The position numbers and the translations under genes are program-made. This document shows positions 8,267 through 20,059 of a DNA stretch of 64,000 nucleotides, piece by piece. This DNA comes from an uncultured Acidobacteriota bacterium (GTDB taxonomy: Bacteria; Acidobacteriota; Thermoanaerobaculia; Multivoradales; JBCCEF01). Position 1 is the stretch's first letter, and every line of letters begins with the position of its first letter. The notes under the pieces were generated by a model. The model did not search any database. It was not told the DNA's origin and worked only from the letters and a program-made list of their open reading frames with translations. The stretch spans positions 221,756 through 285,755 of the forward strand of contig CAWJJM010000012.1 in NCBI GenBank assembly GCA_963843275.1. Direction: 5' to 3'.

Positions 8267-11200
8267 TCAGCCTTCGCCGGCCAACCGGCCGAGCTCGTCG
8301 AGCTCGACGCGGCGCAGGTCCTGCTCGACGGCGGTGGCGTCCTCCGCCGCGGGGTGGGGGCAGACCTTCCAGAAGCGCTTGAGCAGGAAGCCCCAGCGAT
8401 CGAGCACCCAGCTGGCGCGCAGCGAGCCGGTGCGCACCAGGTGGCGCTCGACGAGGCGGCGCAGCAGCATGGCGTCGACGTCGGACGCCACCCGGTCGAC
8501 GCGCACCATCGCCGGGTTGACGCGGTCGGGGAAACCGCCCTCGAGGTCGAGGACGAAGGCGAGGCCGCCGCTCATCCCGGCGCCGAAGTTGCGCCCGGTC
8601 GAGCCCAGGACCACCAGCACGCCGCCGGTCATGTACTCGCAGGCGTGGTCGCCGCAGCCCTCCACCACGGCGCGGGCGCCCGAGTTGCGCACCCCCAGGC
8701 GCTCGCCGGTGCGGCCGGCGGCGTAGAGGCTGCCGCCGGTGGCGCCGTAGAGCACGGTGTTGCCGAGGATCACGTTCTCGTGGCTGGCGAAGCGGGCCTC
8801 GGCCGGCGGCTTGACGATGATCTGCCCGCCGGACATGCCCTTGCCGACGTAGTCCTGCGCCTCGCCCTCGAGGATGAGCTTCATGCCGCGGGTGCAGAAG
8901 GCGCCGAAGCTCTGCCCGGCGGCGCCGCGCAGCTCGAGCTGGAGCAGCCCCTCCGGCAGCCCCGCCTCGCTCCGCGTCTCGGCGATGGCGCCGGCCAGCC
9001 GGGCCCCCACCGAGCGCTCCCGGTTGGTGATCGCGTAGACCTTGCGGAAGGGCCGCGGTCCGCGCACCGACGGCTCGCAGTCGTCGGCCAGGAGCTGGCC
9101 CAGCGGCGGTCCCTCCTCGGGGCGGTCGTTGCGCCGCTGCAGGCGGCGGCGCGGCCGGCGCCGCGCCGGGTCGGGGTCCCACAGCAGTGGCGCCAGCGAC
9201 GGCGGCGCCGCCAGCTGCGCCAGGGCGGCGGGGTCGGGGGCGAGCAGGTCCACGCGCCCGACCACGTCCTCGAAGCGGCTGAAGCCGAGCTCGGCGAGGT
9301 GGTGGCGGACCTCCTCGGCGACGAACAGCATGAAGGCGATCACGTGGTCGGGCTCCCCGGGGAAGCGGGCGCGCAGCTCCGGCTTCTGGCTGGCGATCCC
9401 CACCGGGCAGGTGTTGAGGTGGCACTGCCGGGCCAGGATGCACCCCGCCGCCACCAGGGCCGCGGTGCCGAACCCGACCTCGTCGGCGCCGAGCAGCGCC
9501 GCCACCACCACGTCGCGCCCCGTCTTCAGCCCCCCGTCGACCCGCAGGGTGACCCGGCCGCGCAGGTCGCGTCCCACCAGCACCTGCTGCGCCTCGGCGA
9601 GCCCGAGCTCCCACGGCAGCCCGGCGTGCTTGAGCGACGACAGCGGCGAGGCGCCCGTGCCACCGTCGTGGCCGGCGATCATCACCACGTCGGCGAACCC
9701 CTTGGCGACCCCGGCGGCCACCACCCCGACCCCTGCCTGGGCCACCAGCTTCACCCCCACCCGCGCCGCCGGGTTGACGCTCTTGAGGTCGTAGACGAGC
9801 TGCGCCAGGTCCTCGATCGAGTAGATGTCGTGGTGCGGCGGCGGCGAGATCAGCGAGACGCCGGGCACCGCGTGGCGGATGGCGGCGATCTCGCGGCTCA
9901 CCTTGTGCCCGGGGATCTGGCCGCCCTCGCCGGGCTTGGCGCCCTGCGCCATCTTGATCTCCAGCTCGCGCGCCGCGACCAGGTACTCGGCGGTGACCCC
10001 GAAGCGGGCCGAGGCGACCTGCTTGACGGCGCTGTTGCCCCAGTCGCCGGCCTGCGGCCGCCAGGGGGCGAACCACTCGCGCGGGCCCTCCTCGCCGTAG
10101 GGCGCGAAGCGCTCCCGCGCCTCGCCGCCCTCGCCGGAGTTGCTGCGCGCGCCGAGGCGGTTCATCGCCACGGCCAGGGTCTCGTGGGCCTCGCGCGACA
10201 GGGCGCCGTGGCTCATCGCCTGGGTGCAGAAGCGGCGCGCGATCGCCTCCGCCGGCTCGACCTCTTCGAGCGGCGATCGGCTGGGCGTCGCGGTGCCAGC
10301 GCAGCAGGTCGCGCAGGTTGGCCAGCGGCCGGTCGTCGATGGCGCGCCGGTAGGCTTCCCAGTCGGCGGGCAGGCGGCTGCGCACCGCCCGGTGCAGGGC
10401 CTTGACGGGGGCGGGGCCGAAGGCGTGGAACTCGCCCTGGCGCCGGAAACGGTAGAAGCCGCGGTCGGGGAGGCCCTCGGCGGCGTCCCCGGCGGCGGCG
10501 GCGCGGGCGGCGGCGGCACGGTCGGCGAGCTGCCGGCCGAGGTCGGCGAGGCCCACCGCGCCGAGCCGGTGCTCGGTGCCGTGGAAGTAGCGCTCGACGA
10601 GCTCTGGGGCGAGGCCGAGGGCCTCGAACATCTGCGCCCCCTGGTAGCTGGTCACCGGACCGACGCCCATCCGCGCCATGATCTTGAGCAGGCCGCTCTC
10701 GACCGCCTCGGCGTAGCGGGCCAGCGCCTCGCCCACCGGCTCGGTCCCCGGCGGCGGCGAGCGCGGCGACGGTCCGGTAGGCCAGCCAGGGGTGGACCAG
10801 GGTGGCGCCGAAGCCGATCAGGCAGGCGAAGTCGTGGTCCTCGCACGGCTCGCCGCTGTCGACCACCAGCGACACGCCCATGCGGTGCCCGGTGACGATG
10901 AGGTGCTGGTGCACCGCCGAGGTGGCCAGCAGCATCGGGATCGGCGGGTGGTCGGCGTCGGCGGCGCGGTCGCTCAGCACCAGCAGGGTGGCGCCGTCGC
11001 GGGCCGCCGCCTCGGCGGCCGCGGTCAGCCGGTCGACGGCGCCGGCGAGGTCCGCCGGGTCGGGCGCCAGGGCCGGCAGCTCGGCGCAGCGGAAGGCGGC
11101 GTCGGGGAGCTCGCGCAGCCAGGCGAGCTGGCTGCCGGTGTAGCAGCGGCGAGGCGAAGTGGACCAGGTGGGCGCAGCTCCTCGCTCTCGTCGAGCAGCG

Positions 11201-12857
11201 AGCCCCAGCGGCCGACCATGACACGCAGCGACATCACCGCCCGCTCGCGCAGCGAGTCGATCGGCGGGTTGGTGACCTGGGCGAAGCGCTGCGCGAAGAA
11301 GCGGTAGAGGCCCTGGGGGTGGGGCGACAGCATGGCGAGCGGCGTGTCGTCGCCCATCGAGCCCACCGGGTCTTCCCCTCCAGCGCCATCGGCGCCAGCA
11401 TGCGGTCGACGCTCTCGCGATGGTGGCCGAAGAGCGAGCTGCGCCGCCAGCAGCTCGGGCGCCGCCGGCCGGGGGGCGAAGGACTCGGCGTCGAAGCGCG
11501 CCGGCGGCGGCTCGACGAGCTGCCGCGCCGAGCCAGTCGCGGTAGGGGCGCCGCGCCGCCAACCGCCGCTTGATCGCGTCGCTGGCGCAGGATCTCGCCG
11601 CTCGCGGTGTCGACGCAGAGGATCTCCCCCGGCCCCAGCCGGCCCTTGCTCCAGCACCCGCTCGGGCGGCACGCGCACCAGGCCGGCCTCCGAGGCCAGC
11701 GATCACCCGGCCGTCCTCGACGATCCAGTAGCGCAGCGGGCGCAGGCCGTTGCGGTCGAGCGCGGCGGCGGCGAGCCGGCCGTCGGAGAAGACCAGCGCG
11801 GCCGGGCCGTCCCAGGGCTCGAGCAGGTCGAGTGGTAGTCGTAGAAGGCGGTCACCTCCGGCGCCATGTCGCGCGCCCCCTCGAACGCCTCGGGCACCAG
11901 CATCAGGGCGGCGTGGAGCGGGTCGCGGCCCGAGCGCACCAGCAGCTCGAAGAGGTTGTCGAGCATCCCCGAGTCGCTGGAGGCGTCGTCGAGCACCGGC
12001 AGGAGCTCGGCGAGCTCCTCGCCCCACACCTGCGAGGTGAGGTCGCGCTCGCGGGCCCGCATCCAGTGGCGGTTGCCGAGCAGGGTGTTGATCTCGCCGT
12101 TGTGGGCGAGCAGGCGGAAGGGCTGCGCCAGCTCCCAGGCGGGGGCGGTGTTGGTGCTGTAGCGCTGGTGGAAGACGGCGATCGCGGTCTCGTAGCGGGG
12201 ATCGGCCAGGTCGGCGTAGAAGCGGTCGAGCTGCGCCGCGATCATCATCCCCTTGTAGACCACGGTGCGGTGCGACAGCGAGGCGACGTGGAGGCGCACG
12301 CCCTCCACCCCCCGCAGCGCCGCCTCCATGCGGCGGCGGGCGAGGAACAGGCGACGCTCGAAGTGCTCGTCGCTCCACGCCGGGTCGCGCGCCAGCAGCA
12401 GGTGGAGCACCTCGGGGCGGCCCGCCGCCGCCACCTCGCCGAGCGCCTCGACGTCGACCGGCACCGGGCGCCATCCGAACACCCGCAGGCCGGTGCGCTC
12501 GGCCTGGCCGACCAGCGCCTCGAGGGCCGCCTCGCGCGCCCCGGCGTCCTCGCTCCACAGGAAGAGGGCGCCGAGCGCTAGGTCGCCGTCGGGCGAGGGC
12601 GTCGACGCCGCGAGCGGCCAGCTCGTCGCGCAGCAGCGGCGTAGGGGATCTGGGTGAGGCACGCCGGCGCCGTCGCCGCTCAGCCGGTCGGCGCTGACCG
12701 CGCCGCGGTGGCTGAGGTGGGAGAGCGCGCGCAGCGCCAGGCGCAGCGTCTCCGCACTGCGCCGGCCGCGGGCGTCGGCGACGAAGCCGATGCCGCAGCC
12801 GTCCCGCTCGTGGGCGGGTCGGTGGAGGCCCGGCGGCCTCCTGCTGGAGCTCTCCAT
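8267..12857 (-). CDS. gltB: Glutamate synthase large subunit (NADPH-GOGAT alpha); at least 3 frameshifts as assembled
   Basis: N-terminal amidotransferase ...[15 protein letters not shown]...; central ...[39 protein letters not shown]...; FMN/Fe-S ...[15 protein letters not shown]...[18 protein letters not shown]...[13 protein letters not shown]; GXGXG domain ...[11 protein letters not shown]...; pieces in ORFs 11703-12857, 10213-12939 and 8267-10519 (different frames). Confidence 0.85.
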
Positions 12858-12975
12858 CGGGGTCCGACCGCCACCGCGGCGGGGTCGGGAAGGACGTCGC
12901 GGGGCGTGCGACGGATCCTACCATGCCGCAGCGCGGCACGAGCGGAGCGGTCGCCGCCCGCCGCGGCGCGCGGGG

Positions 12976-13386
12976 TCACTCCGCGGGGGGGCGGGACAGC
13001 GACCGGACGAAGGTCGCGACGTCCTCGATCTCGGCGGGGGAGAGGCGGTCCGCGAAGGCCGTCATCACCGGCGACAGGCCGACCGCGGCGCCGCCGTCGC
13101 GCACCGTGAGGAGGATCTGGCGGTCGCTCCGCTGGTCCATCCGCTCGCGGTCGGTGAGGTCGCGCGGCGGGGTCCGCAGGTGGGGCGCCAGCATGCCGTC
13201 GCCGTGGCCGCCGGCGCCGTGGCAGACGGCGCAGTGCTTGGCGAACAGCTTGGCGCCGTGCGCGGCGTCGCCGTGCAGGACCAGGTCGGCGGGCGGGTCC
13301 TCGGCGGCGGCGGCGGGCGGCGGCCCGACCGTGGCGGCGAGCAGGGCGAGGGCGGCGAAGGCGCCGGCTGCGGCGGAACGTGGCAT
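12976..13386 (-). CDS. Class I c-type cytochrome (monohaem) with signal peptide
   Basis: MPRSAAAGAFAALALLAATVG signal; single CAVCHG haem-binding motif (CXXCH); 136 aa. Confidence 0.8.
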   Translation of the reverse strand: MPRSAAAGAFAALALLAATVGPPPAAAAEDPPADLVLHGDAAHGAKLFAKHCAVCHGAGGHGDGMLAPHLRTPPRDLTDRERMDQRSDRQILLTVRDGGAAVGLSPVMTAFADRLSPAEIEDVATFVRSLSRPPAE

Positions 13387-13517
13387 CCGACCATTGTAGT
13401 GCGCTCGTGCGACCCTCCGGGTATTGCGCGGCGTCCGGACCTGCTGTATAACCCGCCGATCCGAGCAGCCGTCGCGAGCCGGGAAGGCGGGGTGCTGCCG
13501 TTGACCTTCTGAGGGAG

Positions 13518-16500
13518 GTGCGGTCGGTGGTTCGATCCTGGCGAGCGGCCCCGTGCGGCCTGTACGTGGCTCTCTTCGCGGTCGTCGTCTGCGGCGCCGC
13601 GTCGCCCGCCCACGCCGTCCAGAACCAGGTCCGCATCCTCGTCGACGCGGACGCCGAGCCGGCGACCGGCTGCACCGTGCCGACGCCGGAAGGCCCGTTC
13701 GACGGGGTCGAGTGGATCCTCACCACCACGATCGAGACCGTCGCGGTGCCGTCGCCGTCGGCCACCGTCACCGAGGTGACGAAGCAGGCCTGCGTCGACG
13801 CTTCCAGCGACACCTTCGGCCCGCCGGTGGTCGTCGACCCGGGCGACTGGCCGGTCGGGGTCGACCTCGGGCTCGACGCCTTCGACGTCGTCGAGACCTA
13901 CCTGCCGCTCTCCGACCTGCCCGCGAACGGGCTGCGGATCCGCGTCGCCGTGGTGAGCGACGACGGACAGGTTTCGCGGGCGCTGCTCGAGACCTCGCCG
14001 CGGAGCGGCCAGGACATCTTCGTCGCCATCCGCTCGATCCTGGAGATTCCTGCGCTGGGCGGTCCCGGGCTGGTGGCGTTGGCGGCGTTGCTGGCGCTGG
14101 CCGCCGCGGCGCGGTTGCGCCGCCGACCGCGGGCGGCGCTGCTGGTGGTCGCGGCGCTGCTCGGCGCCACCGGGGTGGCGTGGGCGGCCTGCGTCCTCGA
14201 CGGCGATCCGGGCGACTGGGCGCCGGGTCAGGAGATCGCCGACAACCCGCCGGCGAGCTGCCCGGGCGGCGGCGCCGAGATCCGCGCCGTCTTCGCCCAG
14301 ACGGACCCGGGGCACGTGTGCTTCCGGGTGGACACCTGCCTGCGCTTCAACACCCCGCCGGTGGCCGACCCACAGAGCGTCTCGACGCCGGAGGACACCC
14401 CCCTCGGGATCACGCTCACCGGCTCGGACGCCGACAGCGACCCGCTGACCTTCTCGATCGTCCCGGCGACCGGCCCGTCCCACGGCGGCCTCACCGGCAC
14501 GCCGCCCGACGTCACCTACACCCCGGCGGCGAACTACCACGGTCCGGACGGGTTCGACTTCCGGGTGGACGACGGCCACGGCGGCACCGGCACGGCGACC
14601 GTGTCGATCACGGTGACGCCGGTCAACGACCCGCCGGTGGCCGACGCGGACGGCTACACGGTGGACGAGGGAGCGACGCTCAACGTCACGGCCCCGGGCG
14701 TGCTCGGCGGCGACGACGACGTCGACGGCGACCCGTTGACCGCCGTGCTGGTCGCCGGCCCGTCCCACGCCGCGTCGTTCACCCTCCACGCCGACGGTTC
14801 GTTCGACTACACCCACGACGGCTCGGAGACGACGAGCGACACGTTCACCTACGAGGCGAACGACGGCGCGCTGGACTCGAACGTGGCGACGGTGACGATC
14901 ACGGTGAACGCGGTCAACGACGCCCCGGTGGCGGTCGACGACACCTACGCGGTGGACGAAGGCGGGGTGCTGAACGTCTCGGCGCCCGGGCGTGCTCGCC
15001 AACGACACCGACGCCGAGGGCGCCAGCCTGACCGCGGCCCTGGTCAGCGGCCCGGCGCACGCGTCGTCGTTCACGCTCAACGCCGACGGCTCGTTCAGCT
15101 ACACGCACGACGGCTCGGAGACACGTCGCGACACCTTCACCTACAAGGCGAACGACGGCGCCCTCGACTCGAACGTCGCCACCGTGTCGATCACGATCAA
15201 CCCGATCAACGACCCGCCGGTGGCGGACGACGACGCCTACACCGTCGACGAGGGCGGGACGGTGAGCGACGTGGCGCCGGGGCGTGCTGGCCGGCGACAC
15301 CGACGCCGAGGGCCAGCCGCTGCAGGCCCTGCTGTTCACCGGTCCGTCGCACGCGGCGGCCTTCACCCTCAACACCGACGGCTCGTTCAGCTACACCCAC
15401 GACGGCAGCGAGACGCCGCTCAGCGACTCGTTCAGCTACCGGGCGAACGACGGTGCGCTCGATTCGAACGTGGCGACGGTGACGATCACCGTCACGCCGG
15501 TCGACGACCCGCCGGTGCTCGACCTCGACGCCGACGACTCCGGCGGTACCGGCGGAGCCGACTACGCCGTCACCTTCACCGAGGGCGACGCGCGGACGCT
15601 GCTCGAGGACGCCGCCGACGCCACGATCTCCGACGCCGACTCGGCGACGCTCGCCACGCTGACGGTGACGCTGACCAACCTGCTCGACGCCGGTTCCGAG
15701 GTGCTCGACGTCGACCTCACCGGGGCCGACGCGGCCTTCTCGAAGGACTACGACACGACGACCGACCCCGCGAAGGGCGTGCTGACGGTCACGGCGTCGC
15801 CGGCGCGGCCGCTGGCCGAGTGGGTGGCCCTGCTGCGCAAGGTGACCTACGTCGACTCCGACCAGGATCCCGACGCCACGGCGCGGGTGGTCACCTTCGT
15901 GGCGAACGACGGCTCGGAGGACGGCAACACGGCGACGTCGACGGTGACGGTGGTGCCGGTCGACGACGCCCCGGTGGCCGACGCCGACGCCTACACGGTG
16001 GACGAGGGGGGCACCCTGAACGTCTCGGCGCCGGGCGTGCTCGACGGCGACACCGACGCCGAGGGCGGCAGCCTGACCGCGGCTCTGGTGAGCGGCCCGT
16101 CGCACGCCTAGTCGTTCACGCTCAACGCCGACGGCTCGTTCAGCTACACCCACGACGGCTCGGAGACGACTTCGGACTCGTTCACCTACAAGGCGAACGA
16201 CGGCTCGCTGGACTCGAACACGGCGACGGTGTCGATCACGGTGAACGCGGTCAACGACGCCCCGGTGGCGGTCGACGACACCTACGCGGTGGACGAGGGT
16301 GGGGTGCTGAACGTCTCGGCGCCCGGGCTGCTCGGCAACGACACCGACGCGGAGGGCGGCAGCCTGACCGCGGCTCTGGTGAGCGGCCCGTCGCACGCGT
16401 CGTCGTTCACGCTCAACGCCGACGGCTCGTTCAGCTACACCCACGACGGCTCGGAGACGACCGCGGACGCGTTCACCTACAAGGCCAACGACGGCTCGCT

Positions 16501-19500
16501 CGACTCGAACACGGCGACGGTCTCGATCACCGTCAACCCGGTCGACGACCCGCCGGTCGCGGTGGCCGACACGGCACAGATCTTCGAGGACCCGGGCTCG
16601 CCGACGGCGCTCGACGTGCTGGCCAACGACAGCGACGTCGACGGCGGGCCGAAGCAGGTCGTCTCCGCCACCGATCCGGCGAACGGCACGGTGGCGCTGA
16701 CCCCGGCCGGCCCCGGCCCCTACAGCGGGCTGACCTACCTGCCGGACGCCAACTACTGCAACAGCCCGGCCGGTCCGTCGGCGACCCCGGACACCTTCAG
16801 CTACACCCTGAACGGCGGTTCGTCGGCGCTGGTCAGCGTCACCGTGATCTGCGTCAACGACCCGCCGGTCGCCGGCACCGACGCCTTCGACTTCGTCGGC
16901 AACACCGAGCTGCGCGTCGATCTCGCCGCGGCGGCGACGCCTGCCGCCCTGGAGACGACCGGTTCGGGCAGCGGCGTCCTCGACAACGACAGCGACCCGG
17001 TGGAGGGCGACCCGCTGTCGATCGTCGGCCTCCACGTCGGTGCCTGCATCGACAACAGCGCGCCCTTCGACTGCACCGACGCCGCGGTGGGCCGGGTGCA
17101 GCTCGGCAGCGACGGCAGCTTCAGCTTCCTGCCGGCCGCGGGCGACGGCGACGCCAGCGAGAGCTTCCAGTACACGCTCTCCGACGGCACCGACACGACG
17201 ACGGGAACGGTGAACCTGACCCGTGTGGCCCGCGTCTGGTACGTCAAGAACGACGCCGCGGGCGGCGGCACCGGCACCTCGGCCTCGCCGTTCGACACCA
17301 TCACCGCGGCGAACCTGTCAGATGACGACGGCGACGGCGACCTCACCGACGACCTCGACTCGGCCGGCGACTGGATCTTCGTCTACTACGGCGACGGCAC
17401 CTCGAACGGTCAGTCCACCGGCCTCGTGCTCGAGGGCGGCCAGCACCTGATCGGCGAGCACGTCGGCCTGTCGCTGCCGGTGAACCTCAACGGCAACGGC
17501 TCGCCGACCGTTCTGGTGGCGGCCGCCCCGGGCAACCGGCCGCGGCTCGACGACACGGTGGCCGACGGCTTCGACGGGGTCGAGGCGCACGACGTCGTGC
17601 CGGCCGAGGTCGCCGGCATGAACCTGGCCGGCAACATCAACGGGCTCGACTGGACGACCACCGCCGCCTTCGCCGGCGCCGGCACCTTCGCCGTCCACGA
17701 CAACGTGGTGCGCTCGGCCGGCGTCGAGGGCGTCGACGTCAACCTGGCGGGGAGCGGCAACACCGTCCTCTCGTTCCACGACAACGCCCTGACCGCGACC
17801 GGCACCGCCCTCGACGTCCAGGAGACCGGCAGCGGGGCCCTGACGATCAGCGCCTTCGACGACAACACGGTCGGCGGCAACACCGGCGGCTCGGGCCTGG
17901 TCGTCAACGGCGCCACGTTCGACGCGGTCCCCGGCGGCGGCATCGACACGGTCCTCGGCGGCACGACGGCGATCGGCGCCTCCGGCAACGGCGTCGGCCA
18001 GGCCGGCCTGATGCTCTCCAACGTCCAGGGCGACCTGCACTTCGCCAACCTGTCGGTCTACGCCGACTCGGGCGCGGGCCTCGGCGTCACCGGGACCGGC
18101 GCCGGCATGACCTTCCGGGTCAACTCCGGCGGCGGCGCGACCGGCGTCGTCCAGGCGATCAACGGGCCGGCGGTGTCGGCGAGCGCCGTGGCGTTCGACC
18201 TGCGGCTGTCCGACATGGACAGCACCAACAGCACGAGCCAGGGCGTGTCGCTGACCAACGTCACCGGCACCTTCTCGGCCGAGTCCGGCAGCGCGATCAC
18301 CAACGCCACCGGGACCGACTTCCTGATCAGCGGCGGCACCGCCAACGTCACCTACAAGGGCGCGATCACCGACGACGTCGGCCAGCTCGTCGCGGTCTCC
18401 GGCGCCACCGCCGGTACCAAGAGCTTCGAGGGGGCCATCACCGACGGCGACGACGGCGACGGCAGCGGCGTGTCGTTGTCCAGCAACACGGGCGCGACGG
18501 TGCGCTTCTCGGGCGGCCTGGTGCTGTCGACGGGTGCCAACCCGGCCTTCGCGGCGACCGGCGGCGGCACGGTGGAGATCTGCGACGAGACCCCCTGCAA
18601 CCCCGCCGCGACGGGCCTCGCCGTCAACAAGATCACCACCACGACCGGGACGGCGCTGAACGTGGCGAACACCAACATCGGCGCCAACAACCTCGAGCTG
18701 CGCAGCGTCTCGGCGGGCACGGCGGGGAGTGGGCCCACCAACGGCATCGTGCTCAACACCACCGGGTCGGGGGGCGGCCTGAAGGTCAAGGGCAACGGCT
18801 CGGCGGGCTCGGGCGGCACGATCCAGAAGACGACCAGCGACGCGATCGCGCTGACCAGCACGCAGCACGTCGCCCTGTCGTCGATGAACGTGCAGAACAG
18901 CGCCGAGAGCGGCATCCTCGGCTCCTCGGTCACGGATCTCGACCTCACCGGCTGTAGCTTCACCAACAACGGAGACGACTCGGCGGACGTCGGCGTCAAG
19001 GTCACGAACCTCGCCGGCTCGGCGACGTTCAGCGGCACCTCGATCACCGGCTCGGCGCTGGCCAACGTGTTCATCGACAACACCGCGGCGGCCTTGAGCT
19101 CGTTCACCATCTCGGGCGGCAGCTACGGCAGCCTGGGAACGGCGTTCGGCGGCAACTCGATCCTGCTCAACATCCGCGGCACGTCGACTCTGACCACCGG
19201 CAGTGTCAGCGGCATCACGGTGGCGAACAACAAGCCGGCCCGCGGCATCACCGTGCAGGCGCAGGACACGGCCACCATCTCCGACTTCACGGTGCAGACC
19301 AGCACCTTCACCAACAACGGCCTGCAGGCGAGCTTTGAGCAGTCGGGGTCGGCCAACCTGTCCTTCAAGCTGCTCAACAACCCGACGATGACGATGACGT
19401 TGCCGGCGGCGGGCACCAGCCATGCGGTCAACGTGTCGAGCTCGTCGACCTCGACGGGGGGCACCATCCAGGGCCGCATCCAGGGCAATACCATCGGCAA

Positions 19501-20011
19501 CGCCGCGGTGGCGAGCTCCGGCTCGCCGATCGGCAACGGCATCCGTGTCCTGGTCCAGGGCCGCACCACCGCCACGCTGCTCATCGACGGCAACACCATC
19601 CGCCAGGTGCCGCAGGCGCGCGGCATCGACGTCCAGTTCCTCGGGCCGCTCTCCTCGGGGCAGCCGCTGTCGCAGAGCGACGTCACGGTCACCGGCAACG
19701 ACGTCAACCCGCAGGATTCGACGGGCTTCCCGACCGCCGCCATCTACCTGGCGGCGGACAGCCAGGGCGGCTCACCGGTTCGCATGCGCTCCGACGTGCG
19801 CAGCAACACCGTGCCGGCCGGCGCCGCCTTCGACGCGCTACCGACGTACCTGATCGTCGACGAGGTCGCGGCGGCGGCGGAGGCGCAGCTCGTCGACACC
19901 GCGCCGGCGAGCGCGAGCTGCACCGCGCAACTGACCAGCACCAACACCGGCAGCGCCTCGGCGGCGGCCGGCTGCGCCCTGATCGCGGGCCCGATCAACA
20001 CGCCCCCCTAG
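13518..20011 (+). CDS. Giant (~2160 aa) secreted repeat protein/adhesin: at least 9 tandem ~95-aa cadherin/Ig-like (VCBS, tandem-95 type) repeats plus ~900-aa Gly/Thr/Ser/Asn-rich beta-helix-like C-terminal region; 2 frameshifts and 1 in-frame TAG as assembled
   Basis: Repeats of form VNDAPVAVDDTYAVDEGGVLNVSAPG..DTDAEGGSLTAALVSGPSHASSFTLNADGSFSYTHDGSETT.DTFTYKANDGSLDSNTATVSITV; frame 0 to ~14990, frame 1 to ~15285, frame 2 to 20011; TAG at 16109-16111; first ~200 aa may be a separate fused ORF (see findings). Confidence 0.75.
14340..16860 (+). repeat. Intragenic tandem repeat array (~285-bp period, several copies about 90% identical at DNA level) inside giant adhesin gene
   Basis: e.g. 14893-15185 and 16232-16525 are near-identical (gtgaacgcggtcaacgacgccccggtggcggtcgacgacacctacgcggtggacga...). 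Confidence 0.8.
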
Positions 20012-20059
20012 GAGCGCGGGGGGGGGCGCCCGGAACCGTCCGGGCGGGGAGGCGGGTGG

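Noticed and set aside
8354-10405. 683-aa + strand ORF, plus 6558-7457 and 10140-10895 + ORFs
   Set aside because: Antisense shadows of gltB and the AI-2E transporter gene; His/Asp/Gly/Arg-rich with no domains.
13065-15080. 671-aa minus ORF and 15206-17035 (609 aa), 17318-19423 (701 aa) minus ORFs inside the adhesin region
   Set aside because: Antisense to the repeat adhesin gene; the + strand shows coherent repeated protein domains, the minus frames are Arg/Val/Gly-rich nonsense.
16109-16111. Possibility that the in-frame TAG indicates stop-codon recoding (e.g. pyrrolysine or an alternative genetic code)
   Set aside because: Only one such in-frame stop occurs in the whole window; all other genes terminate normally with TGA/TAG/TAA; a point or consensus error in a repeat is far more parsimonious.
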